From the NCBI GenBank assembly GCA_040755575.1, contig JBFMAS010000321.1, positions 1 through 36,031 of the forward strand: a DNA stretch of 36,031 nucleotides, given 5' to 3'. This stretch comes from Thermodesulfobacteriota bacterium (GTDB lineage: Bacteria; Desulfobacterota; Binatia; UBA12015). Shown here piece after piece: positions 20,833 through 29,908 of the stretch. The notes beneath the pieces were generated by a model that saw only the letters and a list, made by a program, of their open reading frames with translations, was not told where the DNA came from and made no database searches. How positions within the stretch are numbered: position 1 is the stretch's first letter; each line of letters opens with the position of its first letter. The position numbers were made by a program, and so were the translations under genes.

Positions 20833-21827
20833 GTCGTCCCTCCGAGGAGCTTCTCCGCCTGCACGCAGGCGAGGTGCACGACCAGCGCGGTGAAGTCGCG
20901 CGCCATCGGCGTCTCGCGGCGCGTGTGCATCCAGCCGAGGCCGAGGAGCAGCCGCGCCATCACCAGCACGTCGAGCTGACGCACGTGCTCGTCGGGGAGC
21001 GGTGCCACCGTGCGGTAGCCTTCGACCCACGCGTCCCGCACCGCAGCGAAGGCCGGGTCGAGCACCTTGTCGGCGACGAGGGTCGCGAGGTCGTACAGGT
21101 ACCAGCCGTAGCCGCCGTCGTCGAAGTCGATGACGAAGGGCACGCCGTCCGCGACCAGCACGTTGTCCGGCATCAGGTCGCCGTGCGTGAGGCCGAAGCG
21201 ATCCGGACCGCGACCGAACGCGTCGAGCCGCCGCCGGACGAGCTCGGCCGCGCGGTGCAGGAGCGCGAGCTGGTCCGCGGTGAGGACCGTCAGGTCGGCG
21301 TAGTCGCCCCACAGCGCGCGCCGGCCGAGCAGCGCGTCGACGGACCAGGTGGGCCGGCAGAACCACGGCGGCGGCGCCCACGCTCGTCCGTGCAGCTGAA
21401 TGAGCGCCGAGGTGCGGCCGACGAGGCGATGGACCTCGGGCCCTTCGCCGCCGGCTGCGAGCGACGTGCCCTCGACCCAGCCGAGGACGTCCACCTGAAG
21501 CGGTGCGCCCCCGTCGGGCGGCGCCACCAGCTGGAGCGCGTCACCGTCGGCGCCAGGACGAGCCCGGGGCGTGGAGACGCCCGCGCTGCGGAGCGCGTCC
21601 ATCCAGCAGAGCTCGGAGCGGATCTCGTCCGAGGTGCGATAGCCGGGACGGTGCACGCGCAGCGCCCACGACCGTCCGTCGGCGGGATCGTCGACGCGGA
21701 ACACCGCGTTCTCGCGATGGTGGATCAGGGTCACCGGCGCGGATGGCGCGATGTCGAAGCGCGGCAGCCCGAGGCGGGCCGTCGCCTCGAGGCGCGGCAG
21801 CACGTCGGTGGTCACGACGTCACTCAT
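20829..21827 (-). CDS. APH/homoserine-kinase-type-II family phosphotransferase
   Basis: RENAVFRV, ALRVHRPGY, EIRSELCWM, HGDLMPDNVL, IDFDDGGYGWYLYDLAT. Confidence 0.9.
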   Translation of the reverse strand: MSDVVTTDVLPRLEATARLGLPRFDIAPSAPVTLIHHRENAVFRVDDPADGRSWALRVHRPGYRTSDEIRSELCWMDALRSAGVSTPRARPGADGDALQLVAPPDGGAPLQVDVLGWVEGTSLAAGGEGPEVHRLVGRTSALIQLHGRAWAPPPWFCRPTWSVDALLGRRALWGDYADLTVLTADQLALLHRAAELVRRRLDAFGRGPDRFGLTHGDLMPDNVLVADGVPFVIDFDDGGYGWYLYDLATLVADKVLDPAFAAVRDAWVEGYRTVAPLPDEHVRQLDVLVMARLLLGLGWMHTRRETPMARDFTALVVHLACVQAEKLLGGTT

Positions 21828-21920
21828 GCGAGCCGCTCGTCCGCTGAGTTGTACGGCAGCGTGCGGCGCCGTCAAGCTTCGTTGATCTCCCCGTGGCGGG
21901 CGATATCTAGTGTCGGGCAA

Positions 21921-23987
21921 ATGAGGACGAAGAGGTCGCGCATCGCGAGAGCCGCACCATGGACGTCGGCGCTGGTGGCGCTCGCGATGGCCGCCGGCTG
22001 TGGCGACGCCTCGGCCCCGGAGAGCTGGCGGCTCGCCTCGCCGAGCGGGCGGCTCGCGATCGAGGTCGCGCAGACCGATCGCGGCGGCGACGGCGGTTAC
22101 CCGGACGCGGTGCGCCTCTACTACCGGGTGCTGCGCGACGACGCCGAGGTGGTCGTCTGGTCTCCGCTCGGCCTGCGCACGACCGCGCAGGACCTCGTCG
22201 ACGGGCTCGCCTGGATCAGCGAGCGACGGCGCGACATCGCCGACGCGTACCGCACCCCGTTCGGCAAGCGCCGCGAGAGGAGCCACCACGCGCGCGAGCT
22301 GACGCTTCGCTTCGCGAACCCCGCCGGCGCCGAGCTCGAGATCGAGCTGCGCGCTGCCGACGACGGCGTGGCGTTCCGCTACCGGCTGCTCGGCGGCGGC
22401 GACGCGACCGCGGTCGCCGAGGAGTCCGGGTTTCGCCTGCCGGCCGGCACCGACGCGTGGCTGCAGCCCTACGATCGCGCGACCCCGTTCGGACCCGCCT
22501 ACGAGGAGTTCCCGCGCAAGGTCGCGGCCGGCGAGACCAACGCGCAGAACGGCTGGAGCTGGGGTGCTCTCTTCCGCGTCCCGGGCGGCGCTCACGTCTT
22601 CCTCGCCGAGGCCGGGCTCGACGCCTCCTACGCCGGTACGCACCTCGCACAGCCCGAGGGCACGCTCTACCGGGTCGCCTTCCCCGCGCCCGACGAGGGG
22701 AACGGCGTCGGCGAGGCGATGCCGCGCGCCGCGCTGCCCTGGACGACGCCGTGGCACGTCGCGCTCGTGGGCGAGCTCGCGAGCGTCGTCGAGTCGACCC
22801 TGGTCGACGACCTGAGCGCTCCGCCCGCCGACGGCGTCTCGCCCGACGCGCCGTGGCTTCGTCCCGGCCGCAGCGCCTGGTCGTGGTCGAGCCAGGACAC
22901 CGGCGATCCTTCGCTGCAGCGCGAGTACGTCGACTTCGCCGCCGCGATGGGCTGGGAGTACGTGCTCGTCGACGCCAACTGGAGCGAGTGGCCCGCGCCC
23001 GAGGAGGACGTCGCTGCGCTGGTCGCCTACGCGGCCGAGCGCGGCGTCGGCATCGTGCTCTGGTACAACTCGGGCGGCACGCACAACGTGATCACCGAGA
23101 AGCCGCGCGATCGCATGGACGATCCGGCCGTGCGGCGCGCCGAGATGGCACGCATCGCCGGCTACGGCGTGCGCGGCATCAAGGTCGACTTCTTCCAGAG
23201 CGACAAGCAGGACCGCATCGCACAGTACCTCGACATCCTCGCCGACGCCTGGGCACACCGGCTGCTGGTGAACTTCCACGGCTCGACGCTGCCGCGCGGC
23301 TGGCAGCGGACCTGGCCGAACCTCGCCTCGATGGAAGCGGTGCACGGAGCGGAGTTCTACCGGCTGCGCTACGGCCCCTCGGCGATCGACAACGTCCGCC
23401 TGGTCTTCGGGCGGAACGTCGTCGGCTCGATGGACTACACGCCGGTCACCTTCGCCGCCGCCCTCGAGCAGAAGGGCATCACGTACGCGCACCAGCTCGC
23501 GCTCGCGGTCGCCTTCGAGTCGGGCATCCAGCACTTCGCCGACCGTGCCGACGCCGACCCGACGACGGGCTTCCGGCGTGTGTTCGCGCAGGCGCCGTTC
23601 GCGCGTGAGCTGCTCGCCGCGGTGCCGACCGCCTGGGACGAGACGCGGCTGGTCTCGGGCGATCCCGACACGCACGCGGTCCTCGCGCGGCGCTCCGGAG
23701 ACGACTGGTGGCTCGCGGGGATCAGCGGCTCCGACGGCGACCTCGACCTCGCGCTCGACCTCGGCTTCCTCGCGGAGGGCTCTCACGAGCTGCGCCTGGT
23801 CGCGACCGGCGACGCGCCCGACGCGCTGGTCGAATTCACGCGTCCGCACCCCGGCGGCGAGCCGCTGCGCGTGCGCCTCGGCCCGCGCGACGGCTTTCTC
23901 GCGCGCCTGGAGGAGGCGGCGACGAGCGAAGCAGCGGCGCTTCCGCTCCCGCAGCCCTCCCTACCCGACGCGGGTCCGCCGGCATAG
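21921..23987 (+). CDS. GH97 glycoside hydrolase (alpha-glucosidase/galactosidase), probable lipoprotein
   Basis: Lipobox-like AAGC; LASPSGRL, DDGVAFRY, WLRPGRSAWSW, YVLVDANW, GIKVDFF, VNFHG, SMEAVHGAE, GSMDYTP, VPTAWDETR. Confidence 0.92.
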   Translation: MRTKRSRIARAAPWTSALVALAMAAGCGDASAPESWRLASPSGRLAIEVAQTDRGGDGGYPDAVRLYYRVLRDDAEVVVWSPLGLRTTAQDLVDGLAWISERRRDIADAYRTPFGKRRERSHHARELTLRFANPAGAELEIELRAADDGVAFRYRLLGGGDATAVAEESGFRLPAGTDAWLQPYDRATPFGPAYEEFPRKVAAGETNAQNGWSWGALFRVPGGAHVFLAEAGLDASYAGTHLAQPEGTLYRVAFPAPDEGNGVGEAMPRAALPWTTPWHVALVGELASVVESTLVDDLSAPPADGVSPDAPWLRPGRSAWSWSSQDTGDPSLQREYVDFAAAMGWEYVLVDANWSEWPAPEEDVAALVAYAAERGVGIVLWYNSGGTHNVITEKPRDRMDDPAVRRAEMARIAGYGVRGIKVDFFQSDKQDRIAQYLDILADAWAHRLLVNFHGSTLPRGWQRTWPNLASMEAVHGAEFYRLRYGPSAIDNVRLVFGRNVVGSMDYTPVTFAAALEQKGITYAHQLALAVAFESGIQHFADRADADPTTGFRRVFAQAPFARELLAAVPTAWDETRLVSGDPDTHAVLARRSGDDWWLAGISGSDGDLDLALDLGFLAEGSHELRLVATGDAPDALVEFTRPHPGGEPLRVRLGPRDGFLARLEEAATSEAAALPLPQPSLPDAGPPA

Positions 23988-23999
23988 AGTCGACTCGTC

Positions 24000-24725
24000 G
24001 TGGACGTGCGGCCACAACGCTGCGCTGCGATCACGCGGCTCGCGTGCGCGGTCGTCTTCGCCGCTGCGCCGCTCGCCGTCCCCGGTGCGCCGCCTGCCGA
24101 GGCCCAGCGCGGCATGCCGGGCGGCGCGCACATGTCGCCCGGTGGCTTCGGAGGGCGCACCATCCATCCGGGCGGCGGTGGGAGCCGGATCCATCCCGGC
24201 GGCGGCGGTCCGACCCATCGGGGCGGCGGCGCGCGTCCGACCCATCCCGGTCGCGGCGGCCATCCCCGTGACGGCCAGCGCGACCGCGGGGGCCGTCCGC
24301 CGTTCCACTTCCGGGGGCCGTCGCACGGCGGCTCGCACTGGCACTCGCGGCACCATCACAAGAACTTCGGCTTCTTCTTCGCGCCGCTCTTCGCGTGGGG
24401 ATACCCGTTTCCCTACTGGTACGACTACCCGTACGTCGCCGAGCCGGGTCCGGGCGTCGAGGAGTTCGAGCCGTACTACTCGGCCTGGAGCTGGGACGCG
24501 GACGGGCGCGTGTACGTCGCGCGGTACTTCGTCACGCCCGACGCGTGGCTCATGGTGCTCGTCTACGACGACCAGCCCGGCCTCGCCTACTACTACGACC
24601 CCGAGGCCGATCGCTTCATCGGCGTCCTCGATCTCGAGACCGGCACGTTCCGGCACTGGTACGGCGAGCAGGGCGGCTGGAGCGAGCCGCAGCCGTTCCC
24701 TCCCGGACCGCCGCCGCCGCCCTGA
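24000..24725 (+). CDS. Exported hypothetical protein with His/Gly-rich repeats and aromatic-rich C-terminal domain
   Basis: Signal peptide ending AEA-Q; repeated HPGGGG; YYYDP motif; start codon uncertain. Confidence 0.65.
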   Translation: MDVRPQRCAAITRLACAVVFAAAPLAVPGAPPAEAQRGMPGGAHMSPGGFGGRTIHPGGGGSRIHPGGGGPTHRGGGARPTHPGRGGHPRDGQRDRGGRPPFHFRGPSHGGSHWHSRHHHKNFGFFFAPLFAWGYPFPYWYDYPYVAEPGPGVEEFEPYYSAWSWDADGRVYVARYFVTPDAWLMVLVYDDQPGLAYYYDPEADRFIGVLDLETGTFRHWYGEQGGWSEPQPFPPGPPPPP

Positions 24726-24757
24726 AGGTCCTCGACGGGCTGCCCGACGAGCAGCCG

Positions 24758-26278
24758 CTACGCTTCGTCGACGTGCCGTCGAAGCACGATGGCGCGAACC
24801 GTGGTCTCCGCGGAGCAGGAGAGCCGGAGCTGGTGGAGCCGGCCGGTGAGCTCCACTCGCACCGGACGCGGCCCGAGATCGACCGGCCGCCCGTCGAGGA
24901 CGAGACGCGGCAGCGGCCCGGTGGTGCGGACGGCCACGTCGTACTCGCCGGCCGGGAGCCACAGCCGCCGCTCGAAGCTCCACGCCGGCCGGCAAACGAT
25001 CCGGAAACGGCCCTGCGGTTGCGGGACCTGCGGGTTCATGAGCAGCAGGCTGCCGAGATCGAGTGCGCCGTTTCGGCCGGCGCGCTGCGGCAAGAGCACG
25101 CTCGCACCGAGAGCGAGCGCCGCGAGCCCCGCCGCCACGCCGGCCTTCCGTCCGAGTCGCACCAGCTCGTAGGCAGCTCCCGCGCACAGGAGCGGATAGG
25201 CGAGCTGGTAGCGCCACATGAACAAGGACGAGTCGACGGCGACGAGCAGCAGAACGGCCGGTCCCCAGAGCACGAACAGCTCCCGCGCGCGCCGGCCGGC
25301 GAGCGCGGCTGCCGCTCCGATCGCGAACAGCGCCAGGTAGGCCGGCGTCAGGACGTAGTGGCTGCGCGCCATGAGGGGTGCGAGCGGCGCGCCGTGCCAC
25401 GAGAAGCTCAGGTAGAAGTAGGATGCCGGGTCGTAGAGCAGCGAGAGCTGGTGCGCGATCTTGGAGGCGCCGTACACACGCACGCGGCCGACCTCGTGCG
25501 ACGGGTGCAGGAGGCCGTCGAGGTACGCCGTCGGGCTCGTGAAGCACGCGAGCACCACGAGGCTCGTGACCCCCCAAGCGAGCATGCCGCGGCTCCAGCC
25601 CCGCTGCCCGCTCCGCGCGATGGGAACGAGGACCATGGCAAGGAGGCCCGTCTGCTTCGCCGCTGCGAGCAGTCCCGTCACGATCCCGGCCCGCACCCAT
25701 GGCCCGAGTCCAGGCCGCGGGTCGAGCAGCGTGATGGCGAGGAGTACGGCCAGAGGTGCGAGGAACGGATCGAAGTTGCCGATCGACCCGTAGGTGACGG
25801 CCGGCGGAAAGACGGCATAGAGCAGGGCCGCGAGGAGCCCGCACGCCGTGCCACCGCCGAGCTGGCCAACCAGCCGGGGGAGCAGGCCGACGGCCACCGT
25901 GTCAGCCGCCGCGTTCACCAGGCGGCCGAGCAGCAGAGCGGGCTCCGGCCAGCCCGGACGAACGAGCCGAATGACCACGCCGGCGACGTAATCGAAGAGA
26001 CACGGGTGACCGAGGCGCGCGTCCTTTCCCCAATCGCTCCAGGGCGCGAGCGCTCCCGTGGCAGGGTCCAGTCGAAGGTGGTCCCGTGGGTGGTAACGAA
26101 GGAAGCGCAACGCATCGCCCGCAGGGAGCGAGGCAAGCGCGAAGGCGTCGCTGACGGCGTGCCTCTCGTCGGAGAAGACGAAGGCAGTCGCCGCGTTCCA
26201 CACCCGCAGGCCAGCACCGAGGACGAGGATCGCCGCGAGCGCGAGCCGGGCAAGGGATCCGTGCGACGTCGCCCTCAT
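24758..26278 (-). CDS. GT-C fold (ArnT/PMT-like) membrane glycosyltransferase
   Basis: N-terminal TM followed by FSDE, GHPCLF, GRLVNA, LLAALLYAVFP, GLLAAAKQTG; multiple TM segments. Confidence 0.75.
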   Translation of the reverse strand: MRATSHGSLARLALAAILVLGAGLRVWNAATAFVFSDERHAVSDAFALASLPAGDALRFLRYHPRDHLRLDPATGALAPWSDWGKDARLGHPCLFDYVAGVVIRLVRPGWPEPALLLGRLVNAAADTVAVGLLPRLVGQLGGGTACGLLAALLYAVFPPAVTYGSIGNFDPFLAPLAVLLAITLLDPRPGLGPWVRAGIVTGLLAAAKQTGLLAMVLVPIARSGQRGWSRGMLAWGVTSLVVLACFTSPTAYLDGLLHPSHEVGRVRVYGASKIAHQLSLLYDPASYFYLSFSWHGAPLAPLMARSHYVLTPAYLALFAIGAAAALAGRRARELFVLWGPAVLLLVAVDSSLFMWRYQLAYPLLCAGAAYELVRLGRKAGVAAGLAALALGASVLLPQRAGRNGALDLGSLLLMNPQVPQPQGRFRIVCRPAWSFERRLWLPAGEYDVAVRTTGPLPRLVLDGRPVDLGPRPVRVELTGRLHQLRLSCSAETTVRAIVLRRHVDEA

Positions 26279-26645
26279 CTGCGGGGGATGAAATGAATGC
26301 CCGGGGACGTCGAGGGCTCGAGTCCGGGGCAGTGCGCGCAGCTCCGGCATCGCTCGACGACGTCATACGCCTCGGTCCGCGCGGCGGATAGAGCGCACGA
26401 GGCGTGCGGCGAGCCGTTTGCCGCGCAGCCCGTGAAGACGAAGTCGTTGCTCGACAGCGCCGGGGCGTGGCTACGCGGGCAGCGAGGCGCTCGTCAAGAA
26501 GAGGGTCCCGCTCCGAGCTCTGCAACCAAGCGCAGCCGGCGCGCATGCCCGATTGCCGCTCTTCGGGGGCACGGCGACCCGCTCGCCACCCGACCGCGCC
26601 ATTCGGCCGGGGCGGTACGGGGTGCTCGTACGGCCGACCGTCATC

Positions 26646-27494
26646 CTAGCGTGCGACACCCTCTTCGCCGGCGGCGAGCCGCGCCGGCGGCTCCACGCCC
26701 CACACCCCGTTCAGGAACCGCACGATCTCCCCCGTGAGCCGCTCGGGGTCGAGGCGCAGCTCGAACATCGACTTGGCCTGGACGAGACGTGCACCCGGGA
26801 TCTGCTGCGCGAGGTTCTCGGCATCGCTGAAGGGATGGATCAGGTCGTTCTCGTGCCCGATGATCAGCGTCGGCGCGACGATCGCACGCCGCTCTTCGAT
26901 CTCGGGCGCTACGGGACCCACGAGAATGCCGTGCAGCACCGCGGCGATCGCCTCGGGCTTCATCGAGAACGTGCCGAGGAAGCTGTCGACCAGATCGTTC
27001 CCGCTCCGTGGCAACCACCGGACGAGCGCGCTCACCGAGCCGAAGAGCCGTCCGCCGAAGCTGACGGCGAGCAGCAGCGGGACGAAAAGGCTGGCAGCCG
27101 CCGGCGTCGCCCATTCGAGCACCGGCATCTCGACGAGCAGCGCCGCGACCCGGCCGGGGGCCTGCACCGCGACGTGTAGCGAGACATTGGCACCCAGCGA
27201 CACGCCGCCCACCACGGCCCGCTGGACACCGAGCTCGTCGAGCAGGGCGATCACCTGGCGCGCGTAGCGGTCCATGCGGTGCTGCGTGGCGTGGGGTGGC
27301 TTGTCGCTCGTGCCATGACCGAGCAGGTCGAGGAGGACGACGCGAAACCCGTGCGCGGCGAGGCTGCGCGCCAGCCGCCGATTCACGCCCGCGTCGAGCA
27401 GCAGCCCGTTGGTGAGAACCACCACGCGCTCGCCCTCGCCGTGTACCTCGTAGCCGAGCGTGTATCCCCGGTGGTGGAACCTGTGAAGCGTCAT
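26646..27494 (-). CDS. Alpha/beta hydrolase
   Basis: LLDLLGHGTSD, nucleophile GVSLG (GxSxG), PTLIIGHENDLIHP; true start at MTLHRF (27494). Confidence 0.85.
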   Translation of the reverse strand: MTLHRFHHRGYTLGYEVHGEGERVVVLTNGLLLDAGVNRRLARSLAAHGFRVVLLDLLGHGTSDKPPHATQHRMDRYARQVIALLDELGVQRAVVGGVSLGANVSLHVAVQAPGRVAALLVEMPVLEWATPAAASLFVPLLLAVSFGGRLFGSVSALVRWLPRSGNDLVDSFLGTFSMKPEAIAAVLHGILVGPVAPEIEERRAIVAPTLIIGHENDLIHPFSDAENLAQQIPGARLVQAKSMFELRLDPERLTGEIVRFLNGVWGVEPPARLAAGEEGVAR

Positions 27495-27705
27495 CGCCCT
27501 CTGCGTAGCATGCCGCTCGGACACCGTGCTCTCGCTCTCGGCCTGCTCGGTCGGACGGTGGGGTGGCGCAGAAGCCAAGATGCGGTCGCTCCGCCTGAAG
27601 CGGCGCGGGGCTGGCGTTCGAGTGGGCACGAGCGGCGCGCGGCTGCTCGCTGCGTTGCCGACGGCGAGCCTGCTGCGCCGCTCCTCGCTCGGACCGGGGA
27701 CGACA

Positions 27706-27728
27706 AACCCGAGGCAGCGCCTGGGGTT
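27706..27728 (-). terminator. Hairpin just downstream of the tRNA 3' fragment (probable original tRNA-Lys terminator)
   Basis: AACCCGAGGC-AGC-GCCTGGGGTT, 9 of 10 stem pairs, 5 nt after the tRNA 3' end. Confidence 0.5.
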
Positions 27729-27733
27729 CGGAA

Positions 27734-27777
27734 TGGGCCGCCCCGGGATCGAACCGAGGACCCGCTGATTAAGAGTC
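27734..27777 (-). pseudogene. 3' fragment of tRNA-Lys(CTT) forming the att direct repeat of the integrated element
   Basis: Minus strand GA-CTCTTAA-TCAGC-GGGTC-CTCGG-TTCGATC-CCGGG-GCGGCCC-A: anticodon loop, T arm and acceptor 3' strand present; 5' acceptor strand and D arm absent. Confidence 0.85.
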
Positions 27778-27816
27778 TGTGGGCAAGCGTCAGGCGCAAC
27801 AAGCGCTTTTCCGAAG

Positions 27817-27890
27817 TCCTTGTGGTGCAAGGATTCAGTAGGGTTCCCGGGGGTGCGGTAGGTTGACAAGCCCGTGCACTGTATGTGCAC
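27817..27890 (+). promoter_or_regulatory. Integrase upstream region with candidate arm/regulatory sites
   Basis: Inverted repeat TCCTTG-N5-CAAGGA (27817-27833); perfect TTGACA (27863-27868); palindrome GTGCAC twice at 11-bp spacing (27874, 27885). Confidence 0.4.
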
Positions 27891-27900
27891 TTGAGCTGCC

Positions 27901-29130
27901 ATGCCGAAGCGCCTCCCCGAGCTGACTGCCGCGCGGCTGTCCCGGCTGAAGCCGCGCGATCGCCAATACGAGGTCCGCGACGGCGCCGTGCCGGGTCTCG
28001 TCATCCGCGTCCAGCCGTCGGGCGTGCTGCGCTGGGGCTTCAGGGCGCGCCAGGACGGTCGCCTGCGCTACATCCTGATCGGCGGCCACCCCGAGCTCTC
28101 GCTCGCCGCAGCGCGCATCCGAGCGCGAGCGCTGCGTGCCCGCCTCGATGCCGGCGAGCGTCCTGCCGACGAGCGCGCCGAGCGTCGTGGCGAGCCGACC
28201 CTCGGCGAGCTGTGGCAGGACTACAAGAAGCGCCACCGAAAGGCCGAGCGCTCCGCGACGGAAGATGAGCGCCGGTGGGCGCGCCAGCTCAAGCGCTGGG
28301 AGTCGAAGATCGCAAGCTCGATCCCGCGCCGCGACGTCGCTCGCTTGATGCACCGCATCGCCGAGCAGAGCGGCCCTTACGAGGCCAACCGCACGCTCGC
28401 GCTGCTGCGCCACCTGTACCGGTGGGCGATCGATCAGGAGCTGATCGACGGCGACAACCCTGCCTGGGGGCTTCGCCGTGAGCCCGAGGCGCCGCGCGAA
28501 CGAGCCTTGACGGCGACGGAGACGCGGAAGCTGCTCGAGGCGGTCGCGGCCGAGCCCGATCCGCTGTGGCAAGGCTACTTCCTCTTGCTGCTCCTGACGG
28601 GCTGTCGCCGCACCGAGCTGCTGTCGGCGCGCTGGCAGTGGTTCCGGCCGGATCACGTGCCGCCGGTGCTCGTGCTACCGCGCACCGCCACGAAGCAGAA
28701 GAGAGAGCACGTCGTGGTGCTCTCGAGCGAGGCCCTACAGGTGCTCTTGCAGCTTCCGTCGCGCGCGACCTCGGCGTTCCTTTTCCCGTCTGACAAGGGT
28801 GGACCACGCACCGAGCCCAAGCGCGTGTGGCAAGAGGTCCGAACCCGTGCCGGCCTCGGCGATCTTCGCATCCACGACCTTCGGCACGCGGTGGGCAGCT
28901 CGCTCGGCGACGCTCGCGAAAGCGCGTTCATCATCAAGCGCGCGCTCGGGCACTCGCAGCTCGCAACCACCGACCGCTACGTGCACCCCGAGCTCGAAGC
29001 GACGCACCGGGCGCTCGAGGCGCACGGCGCGAAGCTGCGCGCGCTGCGATCGAACAACGAGAACAACGAAAGCGAGCAGCGGGCGACCGTGCCCCCAGCC
29101 ACGACGGTCGACGTCACTCCGGACGAGTGA
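27901..29130 (+). CDS. int: Tyrosine recombinase/integrase, P4-like with N-terminal arm-binding domain
   Basis: N-terminal YEVRDGAVPGLVIRVQPSG...IGGHPELSLAAAR; catalytic TGCRRTE (R), TKQK (K), IHDLRH (HxxR), LGHS, TTDRY (Y). Confidence 0.95.
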   Translation: MPKRLPELTAARLSRLKPRDRQYEVRDGAVPGLVIRVQPSGVLRWGFRARQDGRLRYILIGGHPELSLAAARIRARALRARLDAGERPADERAERRGEPTLGELWQDYKKRHRKAERSATEDERRWARQLKRWESKIASSIPRRDVARLMHRIAEQSGPYEANRTLALLRHLYRWAIDQELIDGDNPAWGLRREPEAPRERALTATETRKLLEAVAAEPDPLWQGYFLLLLLTGCRRTELLSARWQWFRPDHVPPVLVLPRTATKQKREHVVVLSSEALQVLLQLPSRATSAFLFPSDKGGPRTEPKRVWQEVRTRAGLGDLRIHDLRHAVGSSLGDARESAFIIKRALGHSQLATTDRYVHPELEATHRALEAHGAKLRALRSNNENNESEQRATVPPATTVDVTPDE

Positions 29131-29147
29131 TGGTCAAGGAGAGGGCT

Positions 29148-29357
29148 ATGAAGGTCCGATCGCACTGCAGCGGAAGAGTCCATCGAGTCCGCCTGATCCG
29201 GATTCCGTTCCTCGAGGACGGCGACGGTGAGCTGCACGCCGTGGGCGATCCGCTCACGCTGATCGAGGCAAGCTCATCCGAACGTCGCGCCCTGCGCCGC
29301 GCCGGATTCCGCTTCGCCAACGAGCGCGCGCCCTCCGTGAAGTCGACGACGCGATGA
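29148..29357 (+). CDS. Small hypothetical protein (69 aa)
   Basis: AAGGAGAGG SD before ATG 29148; shares a motif with the next ORF. Confidence 0.55.
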   Translation: MKVRSHCSGRVHRVRLIRIPFLEDGDGELHAVGDPLTLIEASSSERRALRRAGFRFANERAPSVKSTTR

Positions 29358-29451
29358 CGCCACGGCGACCGTCGCCGCGGCGTCCACGTGCTCGGCTCTG
29401 CCGCCTGCCGAGCATGCGATCAACCATGGCGGCGGGTGAGGAGACAACGCG

Positions 29452-29844
29452 ATGTTGCTCATGGAAACCGCAGGCCACGATCTGATCCGGTGCGAGCTCA
29501 AGCTTGGCCTTGTCGTGTGGAGGCACGACAGCCCGACGCCCAGCACGCTCGAGGGCTACGGGCATCGCAACTACAAGCTCGTGCATGCCGATGAAGCGGA
29601 ACGCCGGATGCTCGAGAAGCACGGTATCAAGCTCGAGGAGCTCGAATTGAAGAACGTCGAGCTGCACCAGCGCGTGCCGACCGCGCAGGCGAAGGCGCGG
29701 TGGAAGAAGTGGAAGAAGGAGCGCACGATCTACCGGCAGGTGAATGCCGAGGTGCGCGCGCGCCTTCGCGCCGTCGAGAAGGCCGAGAGCCAGCACATGA
29801 ACGGCGGCGCCGTCAACGGTGCGGAGATGAACGGCGCAGCGTGA
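29452..29844 (+). CDS. Hypothetical protein with charged helical C-terminus
   Basis: GAGGAG SD; protein-like composition; followed by a strong hairpin. Confidence 0.7.
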   Translation: MLLMETAGHDLIRCELKLGLVVWRHDSPTPSTLEGYGHRNYKLVHADEAERRMLEKHGIKLEELELKNVELHQRVPTAQAKARWKKWKKERTIYRQVNAEVRARLRAVEKAESQHMNGGAVNGAEMNGAA

Positions 29845-29858
29845 CGAGCTGAAGAGGT

Positions 29859-29892
29859 GGCCCGCCTCGGCGTTCGCGCGCCGGGGCGGGCC
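29859..29892 (+). terminator. Strong GC hairpin after the 29452 gene (no U-tract)
   Basis: GGCCCGCCTCGGCG-TTCGCG-CGCCGGGGCGGGCC, 14-bp stem with one G-U. Confidence 0.5.
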
Positions 29893-29908
29893 GGGATGTG
29901 GAACACCC

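Noticed and set aside
1340-26296. Many long alternative-frame ORFs (e.g. 1340-3676+, 5357-7753+, 11752-13707+, 15169-18261+, 24395-26296+, and the extensions of 4488-6740, 19582-21381, 20829-23849, 20793-23987)
   Set aside because: Arg/Ala/Pro-rich, motif-free shadows of real genes, expected in high-GC DNA with few stop codons
26279-26645. Short ORFs or ncRNA in the gap between the GT-C and hydrolase genes
   Set aside because: No recognisable protein motif, RBS or convincing RNA structure
27734-27810. Complete tRNA-Lys gene
   Set aside because: No 5' acceptor strand or D arm and a broken anticodon stem; only the 3' 44 nt are tRNA-like, so it is treated as an att site
27495-28004. 170-aa N-terminal extension of the alpha/beta hydrolase in the ORF track
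   Set aside because: It crosses the att site and overlaps int on the opposite strand; chance open frame in GC-rich DNA
29797-29841. 15-bp triple repeat (MNGGA-VNGAE-MNGAA)
   Set aside because: Short in-frame low-complexity tail with no evidence of a separate function
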